Shown here: in pieces, positions 1 to 12,935 of the stretch
Layout: every line of letters begins with the position of its first letter
How positions within the stretch are numbered: the stretch's first letter is position 1
From: Bugula neritina
Taxonomy: Eukaryota > Animalia > Bryozoa
Assembly (NCBI GenBank): GCA_964035545.1
Contig: OZ037773.1
Location: 9,329,751 to 9,393,750, forward strand
DNA length: 64,000 nucleotides
Reading direction: 5' to 3'
Translations under genes and position numbers: made by a program
Notes under the pieces: model-generated
Database searches by the model: none
What the model saw: the letters and a program-made list of their open reading frames with translations, nothing else
Told to the model about the DNA's origin: nothing

Positions 1-765
1 GCCAGGGTAGTTGGTTGATCAGAGCTCTGGTGTGTTCACTGTACAATCACAGCCGTGATGAGGATATTGAGACTATCTTCAGAAAAGTGAGTGATATCTG
101 TATTAATAAGTTTGTGATAGTTATACTAGCAGAGAGTTTAGCAATGCATCTTTTCTTTTAAACAAGTGAATGAATATTGATTAGGCTGCATATAGTTGCG
201 GGTTTTTTGTATCAAAAATGCATGATAGCTTCATATTATAACCTAAAGTAAACAATCATCTTTTAAGAACTCTAAGTGAAATTTTTGAGAGTGCTTTCTA
301 TACTTTTTACTATAACTGTAAAGAGGTAATATATAGTAACTTATAGTAAATGTGAATTTGGCACTTGTTATATATCACTGCTTTTCTTACTTTCCCATTG
401 CAAAAGAAGTACCACTTTGCTATGCATGCTATTCAATAGCCATGGTGCAGATTTAACCTTTAACAAATTATGTCAGCGTTTGAATCAATAGCAATGTTGA
501 ATGAACTTTTACTTCCACCTGTAGTATGAAAAATTTCCCTATTATAATAACTAAATAGAGATGTAAAACCAAGCTTACATTTCGTATTAGCAGAATAAAA
601 TGAAATTATTCTTTACAGGTAAAGAATATTGTCAGAGCAAAGAGTATCAAAGCATCTAAAAAAGACAGCCATTTAGGAGGACAGCAACCAACTTTTGAGA
701 GTTTTCCACCAAAGGGAAGACAACTTTGCTTGTTTCCTAGGTTCAGTCCTCCACAAACTGAGTGA
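1..765 (+). CDS. A0: last two exons of a caspase gene (small subunit); 5' part lies outside the window, presumably another ANK-caspase
   Basis: Exon <1-86 reads RQGSWLIRALVCSLYNHSRDEDIETIFRK, then GTGAGT. Exon 619-765 follows tttacAG and reads VKNIVRAKSIKASKKDSHLGGQQPTFESFPPKGRQLCLFPRFSPPQTE*. Both are nearly identical to the last exons of A1-A4. Confidence 0.85.
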
Positions 766-1631
766 AAGCTATAAAGAGAAAAGATTTAGTAAATCTGTTT
801 GTATAAATCAAACTGTTAAACTTGAAATCACTTGCAGTAGTCTTTTTAATAAAAGTCACACATTCGGTGTCTGGCAGCTCATTTATGTATCTTTACTAAC
901 AATGACAATTATTAATTGAGTTTGTTTTAGTATTTACGAGTTTTATATTCTATTCCCACCTTGTTTTGTTTCTTTATATTTGTTACTGTACATGCTGACA
1001 ATGGCAGCAACAGTATTAGCTGCGTGCATGCCTTAAATATCATATTGCATATAATATATACTGTTTAAAAACATACGTAGCTGGGTTCCTTTTTTATGCC
1101 CATGTAAGCCTTAATAAAGCTTTCCAAAACCTTTGATGGATGTTGTGAGAAAGTTTTAATAAAGAAAATATAATTTTTTTCCAGTTGAATTTACAAAAAC
1201 AAACTTAAAAAAAAATCAAATTTCATACGGGAATACGTGAATAATTTTGAGAACAGCATTGGTCACAGTGGCTATAGAGTTATCCCCCCTAACTAGAGCA
1301 AACGGCGAGAAGTTATGATCTATATCAGAAAGATATCTCTCTGGCTGTAACATACATTATGTGATTATAATGTTATTTTGGAAGACAGAAAAGGCAATTC
1401 CAAAAATTTTGTAGCCAAGTGCTATAGTTACAAATTAGCAACACATATACTGTATAACATTTAGAAGCTGGGAAAACCTACTGAATATGCCGTGGAATAT
1501 TGATAGAAAAATGATTTTGAAGCAGCTATTGGTAGCTGGAGGGAGAAGTTGCAATTATAGAAACTGATAATACAGGCATGAAAGCCCTAGGGCAAAAATA
1601 GAACATTAATTTACATAATACAGTCGATAAT

Positions 1632-2393
1632 CACGGGCTTTCCATGTACCGATCTCAGATCGATCTCGCTGAGATCGATCTGAGAAATGTGCTCAGATCG
1701 ATCGTTTTTCCATGAGAGTGTCAGATCGATCTCTCAAAGTTGCCTCCTCTTAAGTGAAGGATACTTTAAAATCATAATTTGTTCACCTATTTGAGTGATT
1801 AAAGCTACTACTGTTGAAAACGAGATGGTTGTAGCCTAAAATTTAATCCCAGCTATAAACTATACGCAGCAAAGCTTTCAGTGTATGGTAATTTGGCCAA
1901 TTTAAAATAATTAATTTTAATTTTTTAGCTTGACAGCTTATATAAAATTAATGGCTGTCTTGCAGATTATTAATAAACTTACAGGACTCTTGGGCTTAAA
2001 ATTACAAAGAAAATAGCTAATGAAACTAAGTTTTAATAGTCATTTAAATTCGATTTAAATTCTCCCATTTTTTTACCTTCTACTGCATATAATTGAGTTT
2101 TCTTAATCATTGTACTGAAAGTCAAAGTTTTGGCATCTGAAAAGGTGGCTATCATAATTATTTAATACTTTGCTTAGTAATTATCAATAACTTATCATTT
2201 TTATTAGCAGACAACATTGTAGCGCTCAATCTTTTTCTACTTCTCAGATCAATCTTTCGTCTTTCCATGGTCTTATTGACATGAGATCGATCTGAGTTCG
2301 AGCTCCACAGACCGACCAGCGTCGGTCTTTGGCGTCTTTCCATAGATCCATCTCGCTGAGATCGATCTGAGATCGGTACACGGAAAGCCGGTG
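1632..2393. mobile_element. Non-autonomous DNA transposon (MITE) with CAC...GTG ends and 3-bp AAT TSD; CMC/CACTA-like
   Basis: Left end CACGGGCTTTCCATGTACCGATCTCAGATCGATCTC and right end GAGATCGATCTGAGATCGGTACACGGAAAGCCGGTG form imperfect TIRs. Many subterminal AGATCGATCT palindromes. AAT on both flanks. The paralogous empty site at ~10971-10995 (cagtcgataatattacc) has a single AAT. Second copy at 57516-58292. Confidence 0.85.
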
Positions 2394-2955
2394 AATATTA
2401 CCTCAGTAACTGTAGTAATTATGAATGGAAAGTTTATGCAAAGTGATCAGAAAAGCTATCATTTAGGGGTCATGTGAAGTGCTATTATAATATAACAGAC
2501 TCTAAACATTGTTTCTGAGGTGAGAAGAGCCATTGAGCTACAGTCGCTACTGCATTTCTTTTGAAAGCTCGTATAAAGCTCTGCTGTTATTATATATAGA
2601 ACAATGTCCAATGAACAAACCAATATTCCATCTAGAAGAATTCCCACCATTAGACAACACAGATATCATTTATTAGGTTAAAGAATTGAAATATAATAAA
2701 TGTGCATAATATTAAATTAAAATATAATATTATACTGAGTTTTAGCTATTCAATAATTTGATCTTAGAAATTAAAGTGATTGCAGAAGGGAAGGTTTTGG
2801 AAAGCCTCCCTTCTCAATATTGCTAGTTAAATTTGAATTGTTATCCAGAGTGACCAAAATTACAATAACAATACTTTATATTTTTTATAACTATTCCTAC
2901 TGCATAGTGATTTTATGCCATTAAATGAAAAACAAACATTTAAAAACTACTACAG

Positions 2956-3621
2956 GAAATGCTGGCTGTGGTGAAACAAGAAACCCAGAGTTCAGAGTAT
3001 GAAGCGTTAGGGGTCAGTGCCCTATAGTGATCATGTCACATGGAACCAAGAACCAACTCTATGGTACAGACAACTGTCCTGTTCAACTTACAGACCTGCT
3101 CTCTCTCATTTCTTCAAATGCATTCCAAGTGATGGCCAACAAGCCCAAGATTGTTGTTATCCAGGCAGACTATATAGAGGTATACTTGAAGCGCTAAAAT
3201 AAAACTCAGGCAAATTTATAGCAGCTGTCCCTGTGAGAGAAACCCTTGATGGAAGAGGTTTTTGTTAAAGCTTGCTAAGAGCTTGAAGCGGTAGAATGCC
3301 AAACTATATATAATGTAGGATTTTTATACTTTTAGAAAAGTTTGAAACCTATTGATATATGCAGGATGCACCCTGAAAAAATCTTTCCATCTCGGCCTAA
3401 ATGTGCTATATTAAGCTAAAGTGCATATTATTTCTCCACACACGACTTACATGCATAACACATTTTTAATATATTGATATTATTCATTGTAGACTGCAGA
3501 CCTGATGCTTTAGACTTTAGAGCAATCTCCAAATTCTAGTGAAGCAATTCAACAACCACATCTTTTGTTTGAAAAGAGCTTAGCTACTGACGACTTGTTT
3601 TTTTGCAAGCAAGCTGGAATG
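2956..3621 (+). pseudogene. Relic of a divergent caspase (p20 exon plus linker/p10 exon), copy 1
   Basis: After tacAG: EMLAVVKQETQSSEYEALGVSAL, then a TA insertion giving a stop, then MSHG...KPKIVVIQADY. A second exon at ~3492 (DCRPDAL...DDLFF) is homologous to the DRPDSLG...DDLFLL exon of A1-A4. No catalytic Cys. Confidence 0.75.
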
Positions 3622-3736
3622 GTAAATTTATACTGCTCACAACAACATTGACCTATTTCAAGGTTTTGGTACACAACAGCACAGCTGCAGCAATATCTTA
3701 TCCTTCTCTTTATTTCATTCTTTAATAAATATATTC

Positions 3737-4357
3737 CTCCCGTTTCATTTCTCCATGACTCTGTGATAAGTTCAGTAAGCCTCAGTATAAGCTCCGCACC
3801 ACCTTTCTTCAACAGCTCAAGATAAATACCATCAACTCCTGTTGACTTCCTGTCAGAGAGTGCATTTACAGCTCTCATAACCTCTGTGACATCGAAACAT
3901 TCATTCATCCATTCCTGGGTTGGCTGCTGGTGTATGTGACTGGTGATGTCAGGGTCCACATTTCCTGTTTCATTTAGGAGTGTTTGAAAATAATATACTC
4001 TGTCCATCTCTGCATCAAGTCGTCTCTCTGGGTGAGGAGGGTGTGGCTGTCCTTGTCAAACAGTTGGTCTGGGTAGTTTACGGGTGGACCTCAGACTGCC
4101 CTCATGTTTTCATAGAAGCCTCTCATGTCATTTTGGTTAGCTAGTTCTTGCAGTTCAGCTGGCTTGTCTTGCCACCATTTGTTCTTTAGTTCACGCCATT
4201 TCTTTTGAAGTGCTCGGTTATATTCCTTGTACTTTCCTTTAGTTTTCCTGGTCGATCGGTTCGTGACAACGGAACGTGCTAAGTTCCTCTCACTTAATAG
4301 GTCTTGTAGTTCTATGGAGTGTTCATCAAACCAGTCCTCGTGTTTTCTGCCAACAGT
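3737..4357 (-). mobile_element. RTE-clade-like LINE fragment (region between endonuclease and RT), copy 1
   Basis: Minus-strand translation contains EYFQTLLN...EVMRAVNALSDRKSTGVDGIYLELLKKGG, typical of RTE ORF2 upstream of the RT. Frameshifted. Duplicated along with the tandem unit. Confidence 0.75.
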
Positions 4358-5282
4358 GCCTGTGATAGAGTTCTGGAAACCATATTTAAATAGGTGGAAT
4401 GTTTAATTTAGTGCTCTCTAATATATTAAATATTAAATAATGTTGGCTAAATTGTACTCAACATGTAGATGATTAACAATCAAATGTTATAATATATTAT
4501 ATAATATCCATGCACAATGCTATTATAAAGTATTTAGTACTTTTTAGTACTAGTATATTATAACATACGAAGAGACCAAACTGGCCATGATTTTATATAC
4601 TGTACTTACTTTATACTGAGCAGTATTGATTGATACTATAGAAATGTTATTATAACATTCACTATACATATATATAGCAACCAAAAGATGCTACGTGAAA
4701 CATGTTCAATAAGTTATAGTAGTAAAATACTTCAATAGAAAGTTCAGTGTTCATGTAAACCACATATACTAGGCTTAGAAAACGGCTTAGAATGAACAAT
4801 ATGCTTTGATGAACAAAGAAATGGTTGAACTAAGATTTCAATAACTTATATAATCATTCTTTGTTTGTGAAATTTTGAAAAGATTTTGTTATAATTGATT
4901 AGCTTTGATTGTTAACAGTGATCGGCGAATGTTATGTTATGTAAACCACATAGCTAGGCTAGGCACAGAACACTTACAAAGAAACATAGAAATGAATAAC
5001 AAAGGGGTGATTGTACTTATATATAATTTAGTATTCTATACAATCTTTGTTATTGACTTTTGAATTTACTACAAATTATTCTTATAGTTGCTTAGCTTTG
5101 ATCGTTGAAAACTATTATTGATTTTTTATTTTGTATTGGCAAGTTTTATACCACTAGCACTCTGGTTTAAAACAGTTTAAAGCTATATTGGAGCTTGTTA
5201 AGGTACAAAAGAATATATATACAACTGTGATTGCTTGTAAGTTGCATGTCATGGATTAGAGTGAAACATTTGAAGAAACAAA

Positions 5283-8200
5283 ATGTCTGCCAATGAGTTA
5301 CACACTCTGATAGACGATAGAGACAAGTTTGAAGAACAACTTCTAATGCTGCCTGTTGAAGACAGGTTTGAAGCTTTAAGAGAAGAGATTGGGGAAGAAA
5401 GCCAAACGGTGTTGCATATTGCAGCGACTAATGACTTAACACATATTCTAAAGTTAGTTATTGACAATGTGACAGAAGAGAGTCTGTTAGAATTGCTGAT
5501 GATTCAAGATGAAGATGGAAGTACACCAGTACACTATGCTGCCAGGGGTAATTATACAGGGCACATCCAGTGTATTGTAGATTCTATACCAGAAGAACAT
5601 TTGTGCAAAGTGTTTGCTATGAAGAATGAAACTGGAAACACAGCTGTTCACTGGGCAGTTGGAAATAGTAACACAGATATGTTGCAGTGTTTGTTCAAAT
5701 CCTTACCTCCAAACCAGATAGGTGAATTACTCAACATACAGAATCACAGTGGCAACACAGCTTTACACACTGCAGCAGATAGTGATAGTTTGGAAACTAT
5801 AGAAACTTTGCTCAAGAGCCTGAAGAATGCGACTGATTTAGAGAGACTTTTAGAAACAACAAATGAAGAAGGAAGGACTGCTATTTATTATATGGTAACT
5901 AAGAACCATTGTGATATAATAAAGTGGATGACAAGCACTTTGGATATGAACTTGCTAGAGAAACTGCTTAGCATACAAAATCAATCTGAATTCACTGCAG
6001 TTCATTGTGCAGCATTAAATGGCCATACCAACATAATGAGATGCATAGCAGAAACATTGTCGGAATCTATGTTATTTAGGCTGCTTAGTATTAAATATGA
6101 TGATGGTTGGACATGTGTTCACAAAGCAGTAATGGGTGGTCACACAGATATGATAAGATGCATAACAGAAAAGCTGCCAGAATCTGTGTTATCTAGGTTG
6201 TTTAATATTAAAACCAAAGATGGCCTTACATGTTTTCACCTCGCAGCAATGGAAGGTCATGCTGAGATTGTCGACTGCATATCAAATTCACTAACGAATA
6301 CGGAGCTAAAAAAAATACTTGCTAATCCAAATAAAGTTGGACAGACAGCAATGCACTTTGCGGCTGAATCTAATAAGAAAATGGTAGTGAGCAGCATCTT
6401 TGAATTTCTCCCAAAAGATGAAATTTTGGAAGTTATCTTTGGGAAAAACAACAAAAAAAACACACCATTCCATTTGGCAGTGATGAGTGGTCACACTGAA
6501 ACTTTGAAACTTATGATCCGTTTTCTCTCAGTTGAAAATCTGTTGAGTTTGCTGGAGATAGAAGACTCGGACTCTTTAACTCCTCTACACATTATAGCAG
6601 GAAATGGACATGCATTGGCATTAGAAGTCATTTCCTGCCATTTACCTGTTACTAGCTTATATGAAATGTTCACTGCTAACAGAAACCAGTGGAATGAAAC
6701 AGTGGCTCATATTGCAGCTGATAAAGGTCATGTCGAAGTTTTGGAAGTGGTTTTCAAAAACCTGTCATCAGAGGAAACTTTACAGCTGCTAGAAAAGAAA
6801 AATGATGATAGAAAAACAGCACTAGACCTAGCAAAAATAGCTAAACACACAGAAGCAGTAACTTTTATTAGAGAAAGTCAGAAAAAGGCGGAAAGAGCCA
6901 TCTCAGGTATATGTCTATTGTAAAATATAAAAAATCATGCTCTCTAAATGTTAAAGCATTATTTTTAAAACTTAATTGACTATCATTAAAGATATTCTTA
7001 TGTAATAGTGAGTTGGTGATAGCATAGATATTATGCCACATTGCATGTATGAGATATCTCACTGAAATATTATATATGCTACTAGTGAAGATTGTCTCAA
7101 TCACAGAACTATATAAGCCTGCACACAGTAAAATAAATTCTTTTGAAATAAAATCAAAACATGAAAGTAAAATGGCCATTTTCATGGCTCTAGCCTATAA
7201 GCTATATTTATTAAAAGTTTATATAGTATCTTTTAAAGCATTATATACTTGTATTTTCTAATATATGCCATTGTTTACAAGAACATTTGAAACTTTTCAA
7301 AACACAATTAATTCGCAAATATCTTATTTTATTACTAAAATATGCATGACTTCCTATCTTTTAAAATAATTCAGGTATAACTCATGAAGAAATTTTTAAG
7401 GTTAGAGTTCAACTGTGAAACTAAATAAATATAAAATATAGATTTTGATTAAAATGGCAAAAATAATTTACCAATATTTATTAATTTACTAAAATTTACT
7501 AAAGAAGATAATGTTTTAGACTGCACAGCTACTCTTGAAGCTAGTTCAACACTCCGACCTAATTGGCCAATCACAGAAGAGGACATAGTTGAGAAATATT
7601 TGAACGAGACAAATGTACATACAGATACCATCAACCTACCTCTAAGAACAAGTAGGCCTACACAACCAAACACAGAAGATATGTACGACTGCAAAAAGGT
7701 TTAGGGATTGACCTGCATTAAATTTTGATAAAAAATAAATATTTTTTCTATTTATGTGTATTATAACACCATTATTATAGTTTGGTTATGAAATTTAGTT
7801 TCTGGCAGTGCTATAGTTTAAATTATGTGTCATTTGACAGCTAATGTAGTTTTGTATATTGTACTCGTAGTTGTAAATCACTTATATAACTGCATTCTAT
7901 ATTGAGCACCTTTTTGACATAGCTGTGAACTGCGTTTAAGTAGACAGCTCTCAAGCTAAAAAAAATCAACTACTGAATGTATATTCACTGTTTTAGAAAT
8001 ATTACAAGATGACATCTCCCACCAGAGGAAGGTGTCTTATCATCAACAATAGAGACTTTAAAGCTCTCTCTGCACCAGACCAAGTAGAATTTGAAAAGAG
8101 GAAAGGTTCAGATGTTGATGTGGCAAACATTGTCAATGTCTTTACTCAGCTTAGTTTCATCTGTGAAGTTCACACTAACCTCTCCAGTGAGGTAAGCTAA

Positions 8201-9233
8201 GTTCACACCAAGCTCACCAGTAATTAAGATGTGGTAAGGGATATAGTGAATGAATGATGCAAAACTTCTATATATACCGAACAGATTAAGGGGTACGAGT
8301 ATTCCACCATTTTCTCTATGACCTTAGGACCACTGCTATAATACTAGTTTAGTAACAAAATTATTGAAAAGTTAATTTTATATTAGGCAAAGTTATTGCA
8401 ATGAAATAAAAAAAGCTACAGTAATGAAGTAGTTTTTAAAAATGTTGTCTTTTAAGTTCTATTTTGATCTAATCTTGTCAAGGCTATTATTAGCTCAAGG
8501 TCATCCTTTTTATTCTAAAAGGTGAAAATATGAAATGCGTAGAAATATTTTGAATTTGTAGGGAATGTTCCGTGTCTTGAACTGCGAAATACAAAATCCA
8601 GAACATGAGAGATTCGGAGTTAGTGCCTTTATCATAATGACTCATGGGACTGAAAACTCCATCTACGGTACAGATAGTCGCCCTGTCAAACTGTCAAAAA
8701 TCTTGGATCTTATGTCTCCATACGTATTCAAAGCCATGGCTGGTAAACCTAAGATAGTTGTCATCCAGGCCTGTTCTGGTGGTGAGTTTTATCAGAACTA
8801 AAGAATCATTGAACTGGTCCTTTCTCAAATTTTAATTCTGGGTTGACTCTTACAGATCTATGGTTACATATCTACATTATATGTATATACGTACATATAT
8901 ACTTATATATATACGTACATATATACTTATATATATACGTACATATATACTTACATATATACTTACATATATACTTACATCTATACATACACCTGTACTT
9001 TGTCTTGCAGACAGGCCAGACAGTCTAGGCTTCTTTACAGAGGACTCTCCAAGCGCTGGGGGAACTGTCAGTGATAGCAAATGGAAATCTGATCCATTTC
9101 CTGGAGATCACTTGTCTACTGATGACTTGTTCTTGTTGAGAGCCAGTTTTCTCAGTGAGTACAATCACATCTGATGGATTTAACTAGTGCTGAATGCTCA
9201 ACGTTAAATATAATTAATAATTTTAATAAAATA

Positions 9234-9297
<64 letters not shown>

Positions 9298-10110
9298 CTG
9301 CATGTTTCGTGTGTTGCAGGTTTCCGTTCAGCGAGACATACTCGTCAGGGTAGTTGGATGATCAGAGCTCTAGTTTGTTCACTGTACAATCACAGCTGTG
9401 ATGAGGATATTGAGACTATCTTCAGAAAAGTGAGTGATATCTGTATTAATAAGTTTGCAATATAGTTATACTATAGCAGAGGGTTTGGCAATGCATCTTT
9501 TCTTCTAAACAAGTGAATGAATATTGATTAGGCTGCATAGTTGCAGGTTTATTTGTATCAAACATGCATGATATAGCTTCATATAACTTAAAGTAAACAA
9601 ACATCTTTTAAGAACTCTGAGTGAAATATTTGAGGGTGCTTTCTATACTTTTTACTATAACTGTAAAGAGGTAATATAGTAACTTATAGTAAATGTGAAT
9701 TTGGCACTTGTTATATATCACTGCTTTTCTTACTTTCCCATTGCAAAAGCAGCGACACTTTGTTATATGCATGCTATTCAATAGCCATGGTGTAGATCTA
9801 ACCTTTAACAAATTATGTCAGCGTTTGACTCAATAGCAATGTTGAATGAACTTTTACTTCCAGCTGTAAGGTGAAAAAATTCATTATTATAATAAGTAAG
9901 TAGAGATGTAAAACCAAGCTTACACTTTGTATTAACAGAATAAAATGAAATTATTCTTTCCAGGTAAAAGATATTGTTAGAACAAAGAGTATTGAAGCAT
10001 CTAAAAAAGACAGCCATTTAGGAGGGCAACAACCAACTTTTGAGAGTTTTCCAACAAAGGGAAGACAGCTTTGCTTGTTTCCTAGATTCAGTCCTCCACA
10101 AACTGAGTGA
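5283..10110 (+). CDS. A1: ankyrin-repeat caspase, ~872 aa, apparently intact (13 ANK repeats + linker + C14A p20/p10)
   Basis: Exons 5283-6906, 7520-7698, 7997-8191, 8562-8781, 9011-9154, 9320-9429, 9964-10110. All introns GT-AG; total 2619 nt, open. Motifs: RGRCLIINN, RKGSDVD (S1 Arg), IMTHG (catalytic His), KPKIVVIQACSG (catalytic Cys), SARHTRQGSW. Confidence 0.9.
8880..8990. repeat. Intronic AT-rich 24/12-bp tandem repeat (tatatacgtacatatatacttata)
   Basis: Visible tandem units in A1 intron 4; produces the spurious IYIYVH ORFs. Confidence 0.7.
9237..9294. repeat. (TA)n microsatellite in A1 intron 5
   Basis: Perfect TA run; the paralogous run at 17815-17892 is longer. Confidence 0.95.
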
Positions 10111-11546
10111 AAGCTTAGAGAAAAAGTTTAGCAAATCTGTTTGCATAAACCAAACTGTTAAACTTGGAGTCACTTGCAGTAGTCTTCTTAATAAAAGTCA
10201 GGTGTTTGCTGCCTGGCAGCTCATTTATTTTATTAACAATGACAATTATTTATTTAGTTTGCTTTAGTATTCACAGACTTTGTATTCTATTTCCACTTTG
10301 TTTTGTTTGTTTATATTTGTTACTGTACATGCTGACAATGGCAGCAACAGTATTAGCTGCGTGTGCCTTAAATATCATATTGCATATAATATACTGTTTA
10401 AAAACATATGTAGCTGGTTTCCTTTTTTATGCCCATGTAAGCCTTAATAAAGTTTTCCAAAACCTTTGATGGATGTTGTGAGAAAGTTTTAATAAATAAA
10501 TATAATTTTTTTTTCAGTTGAATTTACAAAAACAAACTCAAAAAAAGAAAAATCAAATTTAATATGGGAAAAATACTTTGAATGATTTGTGAATAATTTT
10601 GAGAACAGCATTGGTCACAGTGGCTATAGAGTTATCCCCCCTAACTAGAGCAAACGGCGAGAAGTTGCGATCTATATTAGAAAGATATCTCTCTGACTAT
10701 AACATACATTATGTGATTATAATGTTATTTTGGAAGACAGAAAAGGCAGTTCCAAAAATTTTGTAGCCAAGTGCTATATAGTTACAAGGTACAACACATA
10801 CTGTATATATAACATTTAGAAGCTGGGAAAACCTACTGAATACCCCGGGGAATATTGATAGAAAAATGATTTTGGAGCAGCTATTGGTAGCTGGAGGGAG
10901 AAGTTGCAATTATAGAAACTGATACTACAGGCATGAAAGCCCTAGGGCAAACATAGAACATTAATTTACATAATACAGTCGATAATATTACCTCAGTGTA
11001 ACTGTAGTAATTATGAATGGAAAGTTTATGGCAAAGTGATCAGAAAAGCTATCATTTAGGGGTCATGTGAAGGGCTATTATAATATAACAGACTGTAAAC
11101 ATTGTTTCTGAGGTGAGAGGAGCCATTGAGATACAGTCGCTACTGCATTTCTTTTGAAAGTTTCTATAATAAGCTCTGCTGCTATAGAACAATGTCCAAT
11201 GAACAAACCAATATTCCATCTAGAAGAATCCCCACCATTAGACAACATAGATATCATTTATTAGGTTAAAGAATTGAAATATAATAAATGTGCATAATAA
11301 TAAATTAAGATATAATATTATTTTGAGTTTTAGCTATTAAATAATTTGATCTTAGAAATTAAAGTGATTGCAGAAGGGAAGGTTTTGGAAAGCCTCCCTT
11401 CTCAATATTGCTGCAGGTTAAATTTGAATTGTTATCCAGAGGGACCAAAATTACAATAACAATGCTTTATATTTTTCATAACTATTCCTACTGCATAGTG
11501 ATTTTATGTCATTAAATGAAAAACAAACATTTGAAAACTACTACAG

Positions 11547-12200
11547 GAAATGCTGGCTGTGGTGGAAAAAGAAACCCAGAGTTCAGAGTATGAGGCGTTA
11601 GGGGTCAGTGCCTTAGTAATCATGTCGCACGGAACCAAAAACCAATTTTATGGTACAGACAACTGTCCTGTTCAACTTACAGACCTGCTCTCTCTCATTT
11701 CTTCAAATGCATTTCAAGTGATGGCCAACAAGCCCAAAATTGTTGTTATCCAGGCAGACTATATAGAGGTATACTTGAAGCGCTAAAATAAAACTCAGGC
11801 AAATTTATAGCAGCTGTCCCTGTGAGAAACCCTTGATGGAAGAGGTTTTTGTTAAAGCTTGCTAAGAGCTTGAAGCGGTAGAATGCCAAACTATATATAA
11901 TGTAGGATTTTTATACTTTTAGAAAAGTTTGAAGCCTATTGATATATGCAGGATGCACCCTGAACAAATCTTTCCATCTTGGCCTAAATGTGCTATATTA
12001 AGCTAAAGTGCATATTATTTCTCCACACACCACTTACATGCATAACACATTTTTAATATATAGATATTATCTATTGTAGACTGCAGACCTGATTCTTTAG
12101 ATGAATCTCCAAATTCTAGTGAAGCAATTCAACAACCACATCTTTTGTCTGAAAAGAGCTTAGCTACAGACGACTTTTTTTTTGCAAGCAAGCTGGAATG
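11547..12200 (+). pseudogene. Divergent caspase relic, copy 2 (QADYIE in place of QACxG)
   Basis: ORF 11550-11786 MLAVVEKE...VIMSHG...KPKIVVIQADYIE. The next exon at 12080 has a frameshift in a poly-T run. No upstream or downstream exons recognised. Confidence 0.75.
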
Positions 12201-12314
12201 GTAAATTTACACCAGCTCACAACAACATTGACCTATTTCAAGGTTTTGGTACACAACAGCACAGCTGCAGCAATATCTTATCCTTCTCTTTATTTCATTC
12301 TTTAATAAAATATA

Positions 12315-12935
12315 TTCCTCCCGTTTCGTTTCTCCATGACTCTGTGATGAGTTCAGTAAGCCTCAGTATAAGCTCTGCACCACCTTTCTTCAACAGCTCA
12401 AGATGAATACCATCAACTCCTGTTGACTTCCTGTCAGAGAGCGCATTTACAGCTCTCATAACCTCTGTGACATCCAAACATTCATTCATCCATTCCTGGG
12501 TTGGCTACTGGTGTATGTGACTGGTCATGTCAGAGTCCACATTTCCTGTTTCATTGATGAGTGTTCGGAAGTACTCTGTCCATTTCTGCACCAAGTCGTC
12601 TCTCTGGGTGAGGAGGGTGTGGCTGTCCTTGTCAAACAGTTGGTCTGGGTGGTTTACACGTGGACCCCAGACCGCCCTCATGTTTTCGTAGAAGCCTCTC
12701 ATGTCATTTTGGTTAGCCAGTTCCTGCAGTTCAGCTGGCTTGTCTTGCCACCATTTGTTCTTTAGTTCAGGGCATTTCTTTTGAAGTGCTCTGTTACATT
12801 CCTTGTACCTTCCTTTGGTTTTCCTGGTCGATCGGTTCGTGACAACGGAATGTGCTAAGTTCCTCTCACTTAATAGGTCTTGTAGTTCTATGGAGTGTTC
12901 ATCAAACCAGTCCTCATGTTTTCTGCCAACAGTGC
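12315..12935 (-). mobile_element. RTE-like LINE fragment, copy 2
   Basis: ORFs 12295-12489 and 12505-12702 (RGFYENMRAV...WTEYF...STGVDGIHLELLK). Confidence 0.75.

Noticed and set aside
1470-1480. GGGAAAACCT as an NF-kB site
   Set aside because: Imperfect match, far from any ATG, and not kept in all paralogous spacers.
5249-6673. Short antisense ORFs overlapping ANK exons (also at 13746, 24401, 30821, 53488, 63094)
   Set aside because: Shadow ORFs of the real + strand exons, with no independent motifs.
10164-10469. Hydrophobic ORFs (also 18899-19129, 52363-52548) resembling small membrane proteins
   Set aside because: They lie in duplicated 3' UTR sequence, and the frame is not conserved (broken at ~1025 in the A0 copy).
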